Below the pieces are notes generated by a model that did not search any database, was not told the DNA's origin, and worked only from the letters and a program-made list of their open reading frames with translations. Below, one piece after another: positions 19,578-29,155 of a stretch of DNA of 64,000 bases (its first letter is position 1; every line of letters begins with the position of its first letter). Origin of the DNA: Saprospirales bacterium (GTDB lineage Bacteria > Bacteroidota > Bacteroidia > Chitinophagales > UBA8649); the NCBI GenBank assembly GCA_002708985.1, contig PAPS01000017.1:21459-85458 (forward strand), read 5' to 3'. The position numbers were made by a program, and so were the translations under genes.

Positions 19578-20750
19578 TTAGAGGGCCTCAATCACCATGG
19601 CGCTGGCTCCACCCCCCCCATTACAAATGCCAGCCAGGCCGTATCGTTTGCCCCTGCGTCGTAACTCAGAAACAAGGGCCATGACGATTCGACAACCCGA
19701 AACACCGATTGGGTGTCCTATGGAAACCCCACCACCGTTTACATTTGTAATATCGTGACTAAAGCCCATGGCTTTCATATTAGCCAACGCCACAACAGAA
19801 AAGGCCTCATTAATTTCTACTAAATCAATCTCTGAGGACTTAAGTCCCGCCTTGTCCAACGCCAATGGCATGGCTAGAGATGGAGTCATCGTGAATTGTT
19901 TAGGTTTTTGGGCCGCATCCGCATATGATACAATGCGTGCAAGAGGCTTGTGTGCTTCTATCCACTGATCGCTGGCCAATACTAAGGCCGCCGCACCATC
20001 ATTAATGTTAGAGGCATTTGCTGCGGTAACGCTTCCTTCTTTATTGAAGACTGGGCGCAAGCTTGGTATTTTTTCAAAGCGTACCTTATCAATATCCTCA
20101 TCCCGAGAGATCACTACAGGATCTCCTTTTCGCTGAGGAATTTCAATCGGAGCTATCTCCGAATCAAGCCATCCATTATTCGATGCTTCTTGAGCCCTTT
20201 TGTAGGAGGCAATAGCATATTCGTCTTGTGCCGACCGATCTAGCCCTTGCTCATCAGCACACAGATCTCCACAGACACCCATCATTGACCCATCATAGGG
20301 ATCTTGAAGTCCATCTCTTACTATGCCATCTACAAGACTTCTGTTGCCATATTTAGCACCCCACCGGGCATCATGAGAATAAAAGGGGGACTGACTCATA
20401 GATTCCATGCCACCAGCTACCATTAAACTTCGATCACCAAGACGGATGGACTGACTTGCCATCATAATTGACTTCATGCCTGAGGAACAAACTTTATTAA
20501 TTGTTGTGCACGGGGTAGACTCGGGTAATCCGGCAGAAAGAGCCGCTTGTCTGGCGGGCGCTTGACCGGCGCCAGCTTGCAAGACTTGTCCCATATATAC
20601 CTCTTCAATGTCTTCTAGCTCAACAGATGCCCTAAGTACGGCATGTCGAATACTATGTGCACCAAGCTCTACAGCACTTAACTTAGACAAGGTGCCCCCA
20701 AAACTTCCAACAGGGCTTCTTGCCATGCCCAAAACATAAACATCTTTCAT
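19578..20750 (-). CDS. acetyl-CoA C-acetyltransferase (thiolase II)
   Basis: Active-site block TINKVCSSGMKS, NVNGGGVSIGHPIG, and the C-terminal GLAGICNGGGGASAMVIE. Confidence 0.9.
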   Translation of the reverse strand: MKDVYVLGMARSPVGSFGGTLSKLSAVELGAHSIRHAVLRASVELEDIEEVYMGQVLQAGAGQAPARQAALSAGLPESTPCTTINKVCSSGMKSIMMASQSIRLGDRSLMVAGGMESMSQSPFYSHDARWGAKYGNRSLVDGIVRDGLQDPYDGSMMGVCGDLCADEQGLDRSAQDEYAIASYKRAQEASNNGWLDSEIAPIEIPQRKGDPVVISRDEDIDKVRFEKIPSLRPVFNKEGSVTAANASNINDGAAALVLASDQWIEAHKPLARIVSYADAAQKPKQFTMTPSLAMPLALDKAGLKSSEIDLVEINEAFSVVALANMKAMGFSHDITNVNGGGVSIGHPIGVSGCRIVMALVSELRRRGKRYGLAGICNGGGGASAMVIEAL

Positions 20751-20792
20751 ATTGAAAATTTAATATCCTTTGAAAGGCCTAAAGTACTTAAA

Positions 20793-23015
20793 TTGCATGG
20801 AGAAATGCATAAATCAAAACCCGTTTCTCTTAGTGGCTATCTATCCCTTGGGGGATGTATCTTATTATGGGCCAGCATCATCGCCTTTACATCCCCTAGG
20901 CAATCCCTTATCCTAGACACTGCAGAAAACGGGGAAATTTGGCAAGGGAAAGACCTTTTGGCACCCTTTGCATTTGATATATTAAGAGACTCCACAGATA
21001 TAAATCAAGATGTTTCCGAAATCAAGAGGCAATTTCCGATTCCTCTTTTTTTTAATGATTCCGCCTCTGTGCGCCAACACATTGCACTTTACAGTGTTGA
21101 GTTTAGTTTGTTGTTTCAAGAAGAAAAAAAACGTTTTTTAGATAAACTACTGCCAGCTCCAGATAGCTCTAATTCCAATATTCAGGGTGTGATAGGCGCC
21201 TTCTACGAATCTATGCAAAAAGAGGAAGTAGAAAAACAATATCCTTCCTCTGACAGCCTTTCCATGATTGGCTTTGGGCAGGAATATATAAGGTCTTACT
21301 ATCAACAACACCCAATTATTTTAAGCCCTACGTTCTCTGTAGAGGGAGATTCTCGTTTTCTATTAAATAACAAAGTATTATCCTTGGGCCAACTTCTTTC
21401 CATAGCAACCTTTGAGGGTGAAGACGGATTCTTTGATCAAGAGATTCTTGACGGATTGCCCGGTTGGGGTTTGTTTTCCTCGAAAAATGAATGGTCCAAA
21501 GCCATGATGGAAAGTGCCCTACCCAAACACCCCCTGTTAACACTCGACATGGGAAAGTACAGGAAAAATAGTGCAGAGGTTCAACTGGATATACAACGGG
21601 CCATGCTTTCCATTGACTCTATTAAAGAGCATTATGAAAAAGGAGAATTGATTGTCGCCCAGGGTGAAAAAGTCGGCCCTGACCAAGTACAGGCCTTGGA
21701 AATATTACGAATAAAATCGAAAGACAGTTTATTGTCAGACGCTGAACTTTTTCGTATCGATCTTGCCAAATTTCTGCTCGTTGTTCTTATTTTATTTGGC
21801 GGTGGGGTAGCGGTAAGTAAGTCGGCGGCCAAGCAAGCCTTCAGTATTCGTCTAAACATTGTCACAACATCACTTATCGGCCTGTTTTGTTTAGCGGCCA
21901 TTTTTACTGAGGTCTACATTCCTGAACACCGTTCTATAATACCGTTAGCTATTGCCCCTGTGGTAATCTTAGCTTTTTATGACAAGGAGTCGGCATTGAT
22001 TGTGATTTTAGCAACTGCAGGGTTATCTTCCATAATTGTTGGCGATAGTTGGGCATTTCTTATTCGCCACCTAGTTGTTGGGGCTGGAGTAATCTATTGG
22101 GTTAAAACTATTCGATACTGGTCAGACTTTTTACGACTAAGTTTGCTTGTTCTCTTCATTAATGCCGGATTTGAAACTCTTCTTTTTATGTTGGGTGGTG
22201 CTGAAATCAGCATAGATGCACTATGGGTGCTCTCTGATGTAGCTGTTCAATCCTTTCTTACCTTTCTCGCCCTGCCCATCATCCTATTGTTTGAGAGACT
22301 ATACGGTACATTGTCTGAACTACGCCTGGTTGAACTTTCAGATATAAATAAGCCCTTACTTAAAAAGCTTTCCAACGAAACGCCTGGCACCTTCCAGCAC
22401 TCCTTACAAGTTGCAAACCTTGCAGAATATGCAGCGGAAACAATAGGCGCAGATGGGCTATTGGTAAAAGTTGGTGCGCTTTATCACGATGTGGGCAAAA
22501 TGAGTGATCCTCAATTTTTTATTGAGAACCAGCATCCTGGTCAAAACCCGCACGAGCGGCTTGCAGCAAGAATTAGTGCACAAAAAATCATCGATCACGT
22601 TCCTCTAGGGTTGGAGAAAGCAAAAGAATATCGTCTCCCACAGGCACTTCAACAGTTTATTTTAACACATCATGGTGATAGCAGGGTCGAATACTTTTAC
22701 CAAAAATCTTTACGAGACGATGATGAAACCAGAGAAAGTGATTTTAAATATCCTGGGCCGCCACCACGAAGCAAAGAAGAGGCAATACTCATGATGGCAG
22801 ATGCGGCAGAGGCATCATCCAAGAGCTTAACATCCCCTAATGAAGAAAACATTTCAGCTATGGTTGATAATGTAATTGATAAACAGATGCAGGAAGGCCA
22901 ATTTAGAGAATCCAAGATCACAATTCAAGAAATTAATCTGTGTAAGGCCGCCTTTAAATCAAGGCTTAACAATATTCACCACATTCGAATTGCCTATCCC
23001 CCTGAGAAGAAATAG
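20793..23015 (+). CDS. 7TM-receptor HD-domain phosphohydrolase (7TMR-HDED/HDIG, PgpH-like)
   Basis: It has an extracellular N-domain, about 7 hydrophobic helices (aa 330-510), and then HD motifs (HSLQVANLAEYAA, LYHDVGK, THHGDS). The track start is TTG. The first in-frame ATG is at 20805. Confidence 0.85.
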   Translation: MHGEMHKSKPVSLSGYLSLGGCILLWASIIAFTSPRQSLILDTAENGEIWQGKDLLAPFAFDILRDSTDINQDVSEIKRQFPIPLFFNDSASVRQHIALYSVEFSLLFQEEKKRFLDKLLPAPDSSNSNIQGVIGAFYESMQKEEVEKQYPSSDSLSMIGFGQEYIRSYYQQHPIILSPTFSVEGDSRFLLNNKVLSLGQLLSIATFEGEDGFFDQEILDGLPGWGLFSSKNEWSKAMMESALPKHPLLTLDMGKYRKNSAEVQLDIQRAMLSIDSIKEHYEKGELIVAQGEKVGPDQVQALEILRIKSKDSLLSDAELFRIDLAKFLLVVLILFGGGVAVSKSAAKQAFSIRLNIVTTSLIGLFCLAAIFTEVYIPEHRSIIPLAIAPVVILAFYDKESALIVILATAGLSSIIVGDSWAFLIRHLVVGAGVIYWVKTIRYWSDFLRLSLLVLFINAGFETLLFMLGGAEISIDALWVLSDVAVQSFLTFLALPIILLFERLYGTLSELRLVELSDINKPLLKKLSNETPGTFQHSLQVANLAEYAAETIGADGLLVKVGALYHDVGKMSDPQFFIENQHPGQNPHERLAARISAQKIIDHVPLGLEKAKEYRLPQALQQFILTHHGDSRVEYFYQKSLRDDDETRESDFKYPGPPPRSKEEAILMMADAAEASSKSLTSPNEENISAMVDNVIDKQMQEGQFRESKITIQEINLCKAAFKSRLNNIHHIRIAYPPEKK

Positions 23016-23067
23016 TGATAATTATTAGCGGGAATCCTAGTATTTTGTTCCCTTGTAACCAAAAATA

Positions 23068-23097
23068 GTTGAGGCCCCTACCAGGAGGGACCTCAAC
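23068..23097 (+). terminator. putative intrinsic terminator hairpin after the HD-domain gene
   Basis: GTTGAGG-C-CCC / GGG-A-CCTCAAC forms a 7+3 bp stem with an 8-nt loop, 53 nt after the stop codon. No clear U-tract follows (ACCGAACC), so the call is weak. Confidence 0.35.
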
Positions 23098-23195
23098 ACC
23101 GAACCAAAACAAAAACCAAAATTGTTATCCATTACTAAAAATGGACATCAGTAATACAACTGAAACGGTAAAAAAGTTTTTTAATCTTTCTCTTT

Positions 23196-25130
23196 ATGCC
23201 AAGAATTTCTGAAACATCCGTTAATGCAGTGCTCGGCGCCCTAGACATTATCGACGTATTGTCAGACTACTTGACGCTTAAAAAGAGTGGGTCAAACTAT
23301 AAAGCAAACTGCCCTTTTCATGACGAGAAAACCCCATCATTTATGGTTTCCCCCAATAAGGGTATCTACAAATGTTTTGGTTGTGGTAAATCTGGTAACG
23401 CCCTGCGGTTTGTCATGGATCACGAGCAGCTCACCTTCATTGAGGCAATAAAACTTCTGGGTAAAAAGTATAATATCGAACTCATTGAAGAAGCTCAAAG
23501 TCCTGAGCAAGTACAATTACTAAGCAAAAAAGAAAAAATGTATGTAGCCCTTGATTGGGCTAAAAACTTGTTTATATCAGTACTAAATCGTGAGGTTGAT
23601 GGCAAGATTGCTCGAGAGTATGTCAAATCCCGGGGTATCAGTTCAAAAGCTCAAGAAACCTTTGGATTGGGGCTTTCCCCAAAAGGGTGGGATAGTCTAT
23701 TTAAGGCCTCCCTGATACACAAAATTGATGAGAGGGTTTTGGTGGATGCTGGGTTAATTGTAAAGCGGGAAGAAAAAACGTTTGATTTCTTTCGAGAGAG
23801 ACTAATGTTTCCAATCATTGATACAAATGGCCGAGTTCTTGGGTTTGGCGGGCGCGATTTGAAGGGTGACGGAAAGGGACCCAAGTACATCAATACCCCT
23901 CAAACCGATGTCTACGATAAAAGCAACGTCCTTTATGGGTTGTATCAAGCAAAACGAGCAGTTCGTGACAAGGACCGGCTTGTTCTAACTGAGGGGTATA
24001 CGGATGTAATCGCCCTTCATCAAGCGGGCATAGAAGAAGCGGTTTCTGCCTCCGGCACGGCACTCACTGAGGGGCATGTCCACAGAATAAAGCGCTTTAC
24101 AAAGAATATAGTCTTATTATTTGATGGGGATAGCGCAGGCCAACAAGCGGCAAAAAAAGGTATAGAACTTTGTCTTCGAATGGGTTTGTTCCCAAAGGTT
24201 TGTTTGTTGCCAGAAGATCACGATCCCGATAGTTATATACACAAGTTTGGCGGACAACACTTAGCTGATCACATAAGCACAAAGGCCCAAGATGCCATCT
24301 ACTACGAGTTGTCGCTGCTTGCGGATATTGCATCGACCTTAGACCCTCAGCGCAAGGCAGTTGAGGTTGAACAACTTCTTGCCCTAGTTTCTTATGTTTC
24401 TAGCCCTATTCAACGAGGCATTTACCTTAAACAAATTGGACACGAGCTGTCCATTGATGAAGAGCTTTTGCATGGGGAGCTCCGTCGGATAAAGGGGGCA
24501 CCACAGACTAATGCCAGTGGGTCTAAAACCGCTTCAGCCTTAACCAAACCCTACAGATCAAGGAAAACCAGGCCCCAACAATATCTTGAAGATCTTTATC
24601 TCAATCTTGCCCTTAGAGAGCTTAATCTTATTAGAATACTTGTTGAGCACGGACATCGGCCCTATGATGATGAACGCTCTGTGACCCATTTTGTATTAGA
24701 CTCTCTGGCTGATGAGGACTTGCAAGCCCCTCTTCACCAAAGGATATTTGCTCGGCTCCGAGAAGGAAGTATAAAATCCGAAAAACTTATCCATGATAGC
24801 GATATTGAAATCGCTCAACACTGTACATCAATCTACCTCTCGGAATATAGTGCTGTTCAAAATTATGAGTCCCTATCGCTCGATGGATGGCGGAAACGGT
24901 CAGGTCCTGTAGTGGGCATAGACCAGACCTACAAAAGTGATGTTGATCGGGAAATCCAGTGGTTTGAGTGGGAATTACACCAACAATTAGAATTTGAGTG
25001 GGAAATGCGCTACAAAGATGCTGTGCTTAGCGAAGAAGAGACCTCAAAGATGCTTGCCCTCAAACAAAAAATTAACGCCCTAAAAGTCAAAACGTCTAAT
25101 CCATTGGGGATTTGTGTTCGAAGGATTTAG
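23196..25130 (+). CDS. dnaG: DNA primase
   Basis: Zinc ribbon CPFHDEKTPSFMV...YKCFGCGKSG. TOPRIM motifs LTEGYTDV and LLFDGDSAG. Confidence 0.95.
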   Translation: MPRISETSVNAVLGALDIIDVLSDYLTLKKSGSNYKANCPFHDEKTPSFMVSPNKGIYKCFGCGKSGNALRFVMDHEQLTFIEAIKLLGKKYNIELIEEAQSPEQVQLLSKKEKMYVALDWAKNLFISVLNREVDGKIAREYVKSRGISSKAQETFGLGLSPKGWDSLFKASLIHKIDERVLVDAGLIVKREEKTFDFFRERLMFPIIDTNGRVLGFGGRDLKGDGKGPKYINTPQTDVYDKSNVLYGLYQAKRAVRDKDRLVLTEGYTDVIALHQAGIEEAVSASGTALTEGHVHRIKRFTKNIVLLFDGDSAGQQAAKKGIELCLRMGLFPKVCLLPEDHDPDSYIHKFGGQHLADHISTKAQDAIYYELSLLADIASTLDPQRKAVEVEQLLALVSYVSSPIQRGIYLKQIGHELSIDEELLHGELRRIKGAPQTNASGSKTASALTKPYRSRKTRPQQYLEDLYLNLALRELNLIRILVEHGHRPYDDERSVTHFVLDSLADEDLQAPLHQRIFARLREGSIKSEKLIHDSDIEIAQHCTSIYLSEYSAVQNYESLSLDGWRKRSGPVVGIDQTYKSDVDREIQWFEWELHQQLEFEWEMRYKDAVLSEEETSKMLALKQKINALKVKTSNPLGICVRRI

Positions 25131-26065
25131 TCCTTGATTCCTTTTATCCAGCAAACAATATCGTTGGCCACTTGGTTGGGCTCGTTTACCATAATACCAT
25201 GCCCTCTGTTAGGATAAACCTTAAACTCTTTTTTGGATGATCCCAAAGCATCGACAAGGCGTTGGGTATAAGCAACGGGGAAAATTTCATCTGCATCGCC
25301 CTGAAAAACAAAAACAGGCACCTCAAGAGTAGAAAGGGGCTTGGGTAGATGAGCACTGACCAATGAAGCCAGCGTGCTTAGTGTTATATGCTCAAGAGCT
25401 AAAGGGTCTTCCTGCATAAAACGTCGTGCATTCCCAAAGTGCTTTACCCTCACCTTGTACAACGACAAGTAGTAGTGGATTGGTATTCTCGCTCTAGGAA
25501 TGACGCGAGCAAAAAGCTTCAGCAGCGGTTTACCAAGTCTTCCCAACCACGGAAAGCGGCTTAAATTGGCAACCTCCTTAGCTGTTAAATCAGCAATGTT
25601 TTGACAAACAACACTATCAACAGATACACCCTTTGTTGCTAAGTAAAGGGCTGTTATCCCACCTTGACTACTTCCAATAAGGTGCACAGGACCAGAGAAA
25701 TTTTGTTTAGAATATTGTATTGCATGCTCCGCATCTTCCATAACCGAGTGGACGGTATAATGCCCTCGTAATCCGTCGCTTTGACCATGGCCGCGAGGAT
25801 CAATACCCACAACATTCATCCCCGCCCGATATAAGGCATGTAGGAATTCAGCATAACACATTACATAGGTGGCGGTGCCTGGTATAAAAACAGCAGTTGG
25901 CGCATCTCTATTTGCCCTTAGTACTCTTAAATGAACCGAAGACCCTCCAACAGTTATGGCTTCTTCAATAAAATCACCAAGGATATTGGGCATACCATTT
26001 TCCTCCAAAAGGTGCATAAAATAATCATTTGGCGCATTGAATCGATGACCTTTGTAATAAAGCAT
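25127..26065 (-). CDS. alpha/beta-fold hydrolase (lysophospholipase/monoacylglycerol-lipase-like)
   Basis: HG oxyanion region (FIPGTATY), nucleophile elbow LIGSSQGG, and a C-terminal GDADEI...GHG consistent with an Asp/His triad. Confidence 0.75.
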   Translation of the reverse strand: MLYYKGHRFNAPNDYFMHLLEENGMPNILGDFIEEAITVGGSSVHLRVLRANRDAPTAVFIPGTATYVMCYAEFLHALYRAGMNVVGIDPRGHGQSDGLRGHYTVHSVMEDAEHAIQYSKQNFSGPVHLIGSSQGGITALYLATKGVSVDSVVCQNIADLTAKEVANLSRFPWLGRLGKPLLKLFARVIPRARIPIHYYLSLYKVRVKHFGNARRFMQEDPLALEHITLSTLASLVSAHLPKPLSTLEVPVFVFQGDADEIFPVAYTQRLVDALGSSKKEFKVYPNRGHGIMVNEPNQVANDIVCWIKGIKD

Positions 26066-26223
26066 TGTTTAATATAATTTATTTAGCCGACCCCGTCATG
26101 GTAACCCACCATGCCGTAAATGATTAAAACCAAGAACCTGCAAGGGTTGCGCTTCCTCTATGGTAGTTATCCGCACGAAATGAAGCCCCTAGGGGCCTAT
26201 CAATAGGTAAAACTTACAAAAAA

Positions 26224-26808
26224 TCAATGTTTTGTGTACTTAACCGAAGAGATTACCTTGCGCAACTTGTCTCCATGCTCCAACCTTCTTTTCTCACCTC
26301 GTGTCCATGCTGCAGCCTCAATAAAAGATGCACCAGCATTTAGTGTTCGGTGAAAATAAAAGATAGGATTATCCTCTCCCATATAGCCAAAAAGCTCAGC
26401 AGTAAAAACAAATGACCCATCATCTAGCGTGTCGAGTTGCTTTTCTAAAATCTTCATAGATGTTGCCGCGCCATCATTTATTAATCGATTAAGACAACTT
26501 GTTGAAAAGGATATAAAGGGATCTAAAGAATCCGCCCGAAAGGATTCTTTTTCGTGCTCTATTAATACAAAATATAAGTTTCGATAACGGTTACAGTGTT
26601 CTGCCAGCAGGCGCTGGTCGCCCTCAGCCTCTACCAAAGCTTCCGTGCACTTAGGTATATCATCAGGAATTTGATAGTTTATCTTTCCCTCACCGCCCCT
26701 CAAAGTCATCGTATAGTCTTCCCACTTACCGGTATACTGATCACAAGAAGACAGCAAAAAGGCTAAGATCATCAGGGTAATAGGGAGGGTGCAAAGCGTC
26801 TTATTCAT
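26224..26808 (-). CDS. hypothetical lipoprotein
   Basis: Lipobox-like LLSSC at the end of a signal peptide. The start overlaps the stop of the upstream GldH-like gene by 4 nt (ATGA). No family recognised. Confidence 0.6.
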   Translation of the reverse strand: MNKTLCTLPITLMILAFLLSSCDQYTGKWEDYTMTLRGGEGKINYQIPDDIPKCTEALVEAEGDQRLLAEHCNRYRNLYFVLIEHEKESFRADSLDPFISFSTSCLNRLINDGAATSMKILEKQLDTLDDGSFVFTAELFGYMGEDNPIFYFHRTLNAGASFIEAAAWTRGEKRRLEHGDKLRKVISSVKYTKH

Positions 26809-27290
26809 GATGTTTCTTTGCTTTTAAAAAGTCCTAAAGAAAGCACCCCTTTAAGCGATGCATCACGAGACCATTGCTGTACGATAAGGGTATCTTTGTC
26901 ATACAATGCGGGGTTTAATAATTCCAACTTCATGGTTATCTCGCACACGCCTGCATTACAGTTTCCAAGCCACTGTCCCTTCGAATCTTGTAATGGTATT
27001 CTAAGGGTATCTTTTGCAACTCCTCCTGAAAATAATAATATTAGATTCTGATAGGCATACTGGCCGTCAATGATTCGAACAGATATATTTAATTCATTGG
27101 TTTGTATCGCTTCGTCCTGGCCTTTTGCACTCAAAACAAAAACAACGCTATCATTCCATGACCACCCTTGACTTGGCACATCGTAAAACTGATAATATCC
27201 GTTATTGGGGTCACAAGATGTAAAGAAAAAAAGGATGAGTGCAATCACAGGAATTACACAAATCTTTTTTAGCGGGATAGAACTATTCAT
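26805..27290 (-). CDS. gldH: gliding-motility lipoprotein GldH-like
   Basis: 161 aa with a lipobox (FFTSCD). The overall pattern recalls Flavobacterium GldH as I remember it: Y..V....W..DS.V.F, then Y.Y.NL.LL, then a C-terminal L.G....G. It lies downstream of holB, as gldH does in flavobacteria. This is a memory-level comparison only. Confidence 0.55.
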   Translation of the reverse strand: MNSSIPLKKICVIPVIALILFFFTSCDPNNGYYQFYDVPSQGWSWNDSVVFVLSAKGQDEAIQTNELNISVRIIDGQYAYQNLILLFSGGVAKDTLRIPLQDSKGQWLGNCNAGVCEITMKLELLNPALYDKDTLIVQQWSRDASLKGVLSLGLFKSKETS

Positions 27291-27542
27291 GCCTTAAAAA
27301 TAGATGTTAAATTCGTTCCAATCAACGACGTTTGTTTTTTCGTCTAGGCGGGAGACTCTGCCCGTTGGGACCAACCTATCCCCTCTTTTGGTTTTGGTTT
27401 AATGATATTGTCCATCATTATAGGCTAGCAAGTTGGCTAGCCTGTAAAAGGCATTGTACTTGTTACACCCACTGCCTCCACTAGTACTAAACGCCCATGT
27501 TCGAACATAGCATAATTCTTTCGTTTGAATACTAAATAGAGA

Positions 27543-28634
27543 TTAATGTTTTAATTTTTGATGGAGATTTAACCATAGACCCATAATTCGTGTGGAGACC
27601 CTAACACTCTGTCCCAACTCTAAAGCAACCAGGGACAAAATAGAGCTTAACTCCCCACAAATTATCTTATCTGTTTTGTGGTAATCTTCCGCAAGATGTG
27701 CTGCGTAGTGCAACGTTTTGTATTGTAACGTTACCGCAGCAGAACTCAACTTTTTTGTCGACAATTCCAAACGATTTATCGATGTTGAATTAGGGGGCTG
27801 TACCAATAAACCCAAAAGCTCTTTGGCCAAATACTCTGCTTCTTCGTGCTGGCCATGGTCTTCTTCCTGCTCAAAAAATTTTCCAGGAATACCCTGAGCC
27901 ATTTTCCATTGTTTTTCGTTAGGTTTTGATGAACCATTAAATCTATCATTATTAAGAAGAGCAATCTCTAAATAAGCGACGGGTTTAAGCTGAAAGATTT
28001 GACAACGGCTTAAAATGGTAGTTAAAAGCTGCTTATAATTTGGGGTAATTAAAACAAAAAGTGTTTGGGGTGGAGGCTCCTCTAATAACTTAAGAAGCTT
28101 GTTTGACTCCTTGGCAAGTCGCTCAGCGTGCCAAATGATTTGTGCCTTCCACCCGCCAGCAAAGCTGCTTAATGTTAGGTTCGACAAAATTTGTTTTACA
28201 TCCTCGGAAGTAATGTTTCCCGCGACATTTTTCTTTCCTTCTGTGTTAAAGTGTTTTAAAAAGGTATCGATTGATAAATAGGGATTCGCTTTAACCATTG
28301 TATTAAGGACACCCCTTGCCGTACGACCCTGTTTTTTTCTTGCCGCAGCTAACATTGGAAATGCAACATGGAGGTCGGGGTGTGTTAGCTCTCTCATTTT
28401 ATTGCACGATGGACAGTGCCCACAGCCCTGTAACAAAAAAGGGGATGGCCTTGTACTTGTGACTGTATCATTTTCTGTTGTTTGGCAAAGTATTGCCTCA
28501 ACTAGATTTAAGGCCAAGGATAGCCCACCGTAGCCGTCATCACCAGACAAAACTATGGCGTGGGGGATTTGACCGCTTGCCAACATATTGCCCCATGTAG
28601 ATTGGATTTCGTTTTGCCCAATAATGTTATACAT
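27543..28634 (-). CDS. holB: DNA polymerase III delta-prime subunit
   Basis: IIGQNE...SGQIPHAIVLSGDDGYGGLSLAL (degenerate P-loop as in delta-prime), a zinc module CGHCPSCNKM..HPDLH, and LKLLEEPP and ILSRCQ motifs. Confidence 0.8.
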   Translation of the reverse strand: MYNIIGQNEIQSTWGNMLASGQIPHAIVLSGDDGYGGLSLALNLVEAILCQTTENDTVTSTRPSPFLLQGCGHCPSCNKMRELTHPDLHVAFPMLAAARKKQGRTARGVLNTMVKANPYLSIDTFLKHFNTEGKKNVAGNITSEDVKQILSNLTLSSFAGGWKAQIIWHAERLAKESNKLLKLLEEPPPQTLFVLITPNYKQLLTTILSRCQIFQLKPVAYLEIALLNNDRFNGSSKPNEKQWKMAQGIPGKFFEQEEDHGQHEEAEYLAKELLGLLVQPPNSTSINRLELSTKKLSSAAVTLQYKTLHYAAHLAEDYHKTDKIICGELSSILSLVALELGQSVRVSTRIMGLWLNLHQKLKH

Positions 28635-28700
28635 TATGAAAGAAGACTTTCCTTAAAACTAAACATTATGCCACCTTTTTGGTTATGGTTACATTAATCA

Positions 28701-29147
28701 ATGTTTAAAACTTTATGGCCTATGGTTGATTCTTCTATGCGCACTGCGGTTGTTCGAAAAGCACACTTTAATGCGGCCCACAGGCTGTACAATCCCAATT
28801 GGTCGGACGAAAAAAACAAGGCTGTCTTTGGACTGTGCACCAACCCAAATTGGCATGGACACAACTATGACCTAGAGGTTAGAGTTGTTGGAAGGGTAGA
28901 CCCTGAAACCGGCTATCTAGTCGACCTCAAACTTCTTAATGATTGTATCAAAACACATGTCACAAGCCAGCTTGACCATCGCAATTTAAATGTGGAGGTC
29001 GAAGAATTTACAGATATGATTCCTACGGTTGAAAACATATCCATGGTAATTTACAATAGACTTCGACCGCATATCGACACCTCGTTAGACCTTTACATAA
29101 CGCTTTGGGAAACCCCCCGAAACCGTGCTGAATATCCTGCACGCTAG
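28701..29147 (+). CDS. queD: 6-carboxytetrahydropterin / 6-pyruvoyl-tetrahydropterin synthase family protein
   Basis: FNAAHRL...C.NPNWHGHNYDLEV...DHRNLN is characteristic of the PTPS/QueD fold. QueD and PTPS-III cannot be separated by eye. An internal ATG (MVDSS...) is an alternative start. Confidence 0.75.
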   Translation: MFKTLWPMVDSSMRTAVVRKAHFNAAHRLYNPNWSDEKNKAVFGLCTNPNWHGHNYDLEVRVVGRVDPETGYLVDLKLLNDCIKTHVTSQLDHRNLNVEVEEFTDMIPTVENISMVIYNRLRPHIDTSLDLYITLWETPRNRAEYPAR

Positions 29148-29155
29148 ATATATTG

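Noticed and set aside
26066-26223. Structured-looking 158-bp spacer (CATGGT-AACCC-ACCATG, AACC-TGCAAG-GGTT, palindrome GCCCCTAGGGGC), considered as an SRP/4.5S RNA or other small RNA.
   Set aside because: I could not find the conserved SRP helix-8 sequence (GGAA-type tetraloop flanked by AGC/GGAAGCAGC-like strands) in either orientation. The GCCCC-TA-GGGGC element followed by TTCATTT on the minus strand is adequately explained as a weak terminator for the upstream lipoprotein gene.
27291-27542. Possible decayed PSP1/RicT-like pseudogene between holB and gldH.
   Set aside because: Translating the minus strand in all three frames gave only fragments of 25 codons or fewer, with no recognisable similarity. 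It is reported as a structured spacer instead.
28635-28700. Possible preQ1-I riboswitch upstream of the queD/PTPS gene: hairpin GAAAG-AAGA-CTTTC followed by CTTAAAACTAAAC, reminiscent of the A-rich ...AAAAAACUAA tail.
   Set aside because: The hairpin loop is only 4 nt and lacks the conserved loop nucleotides needed for ligand binding and pseudoknot formation. The resemblance is limited to an A-rich tail in AT-rich DNA.
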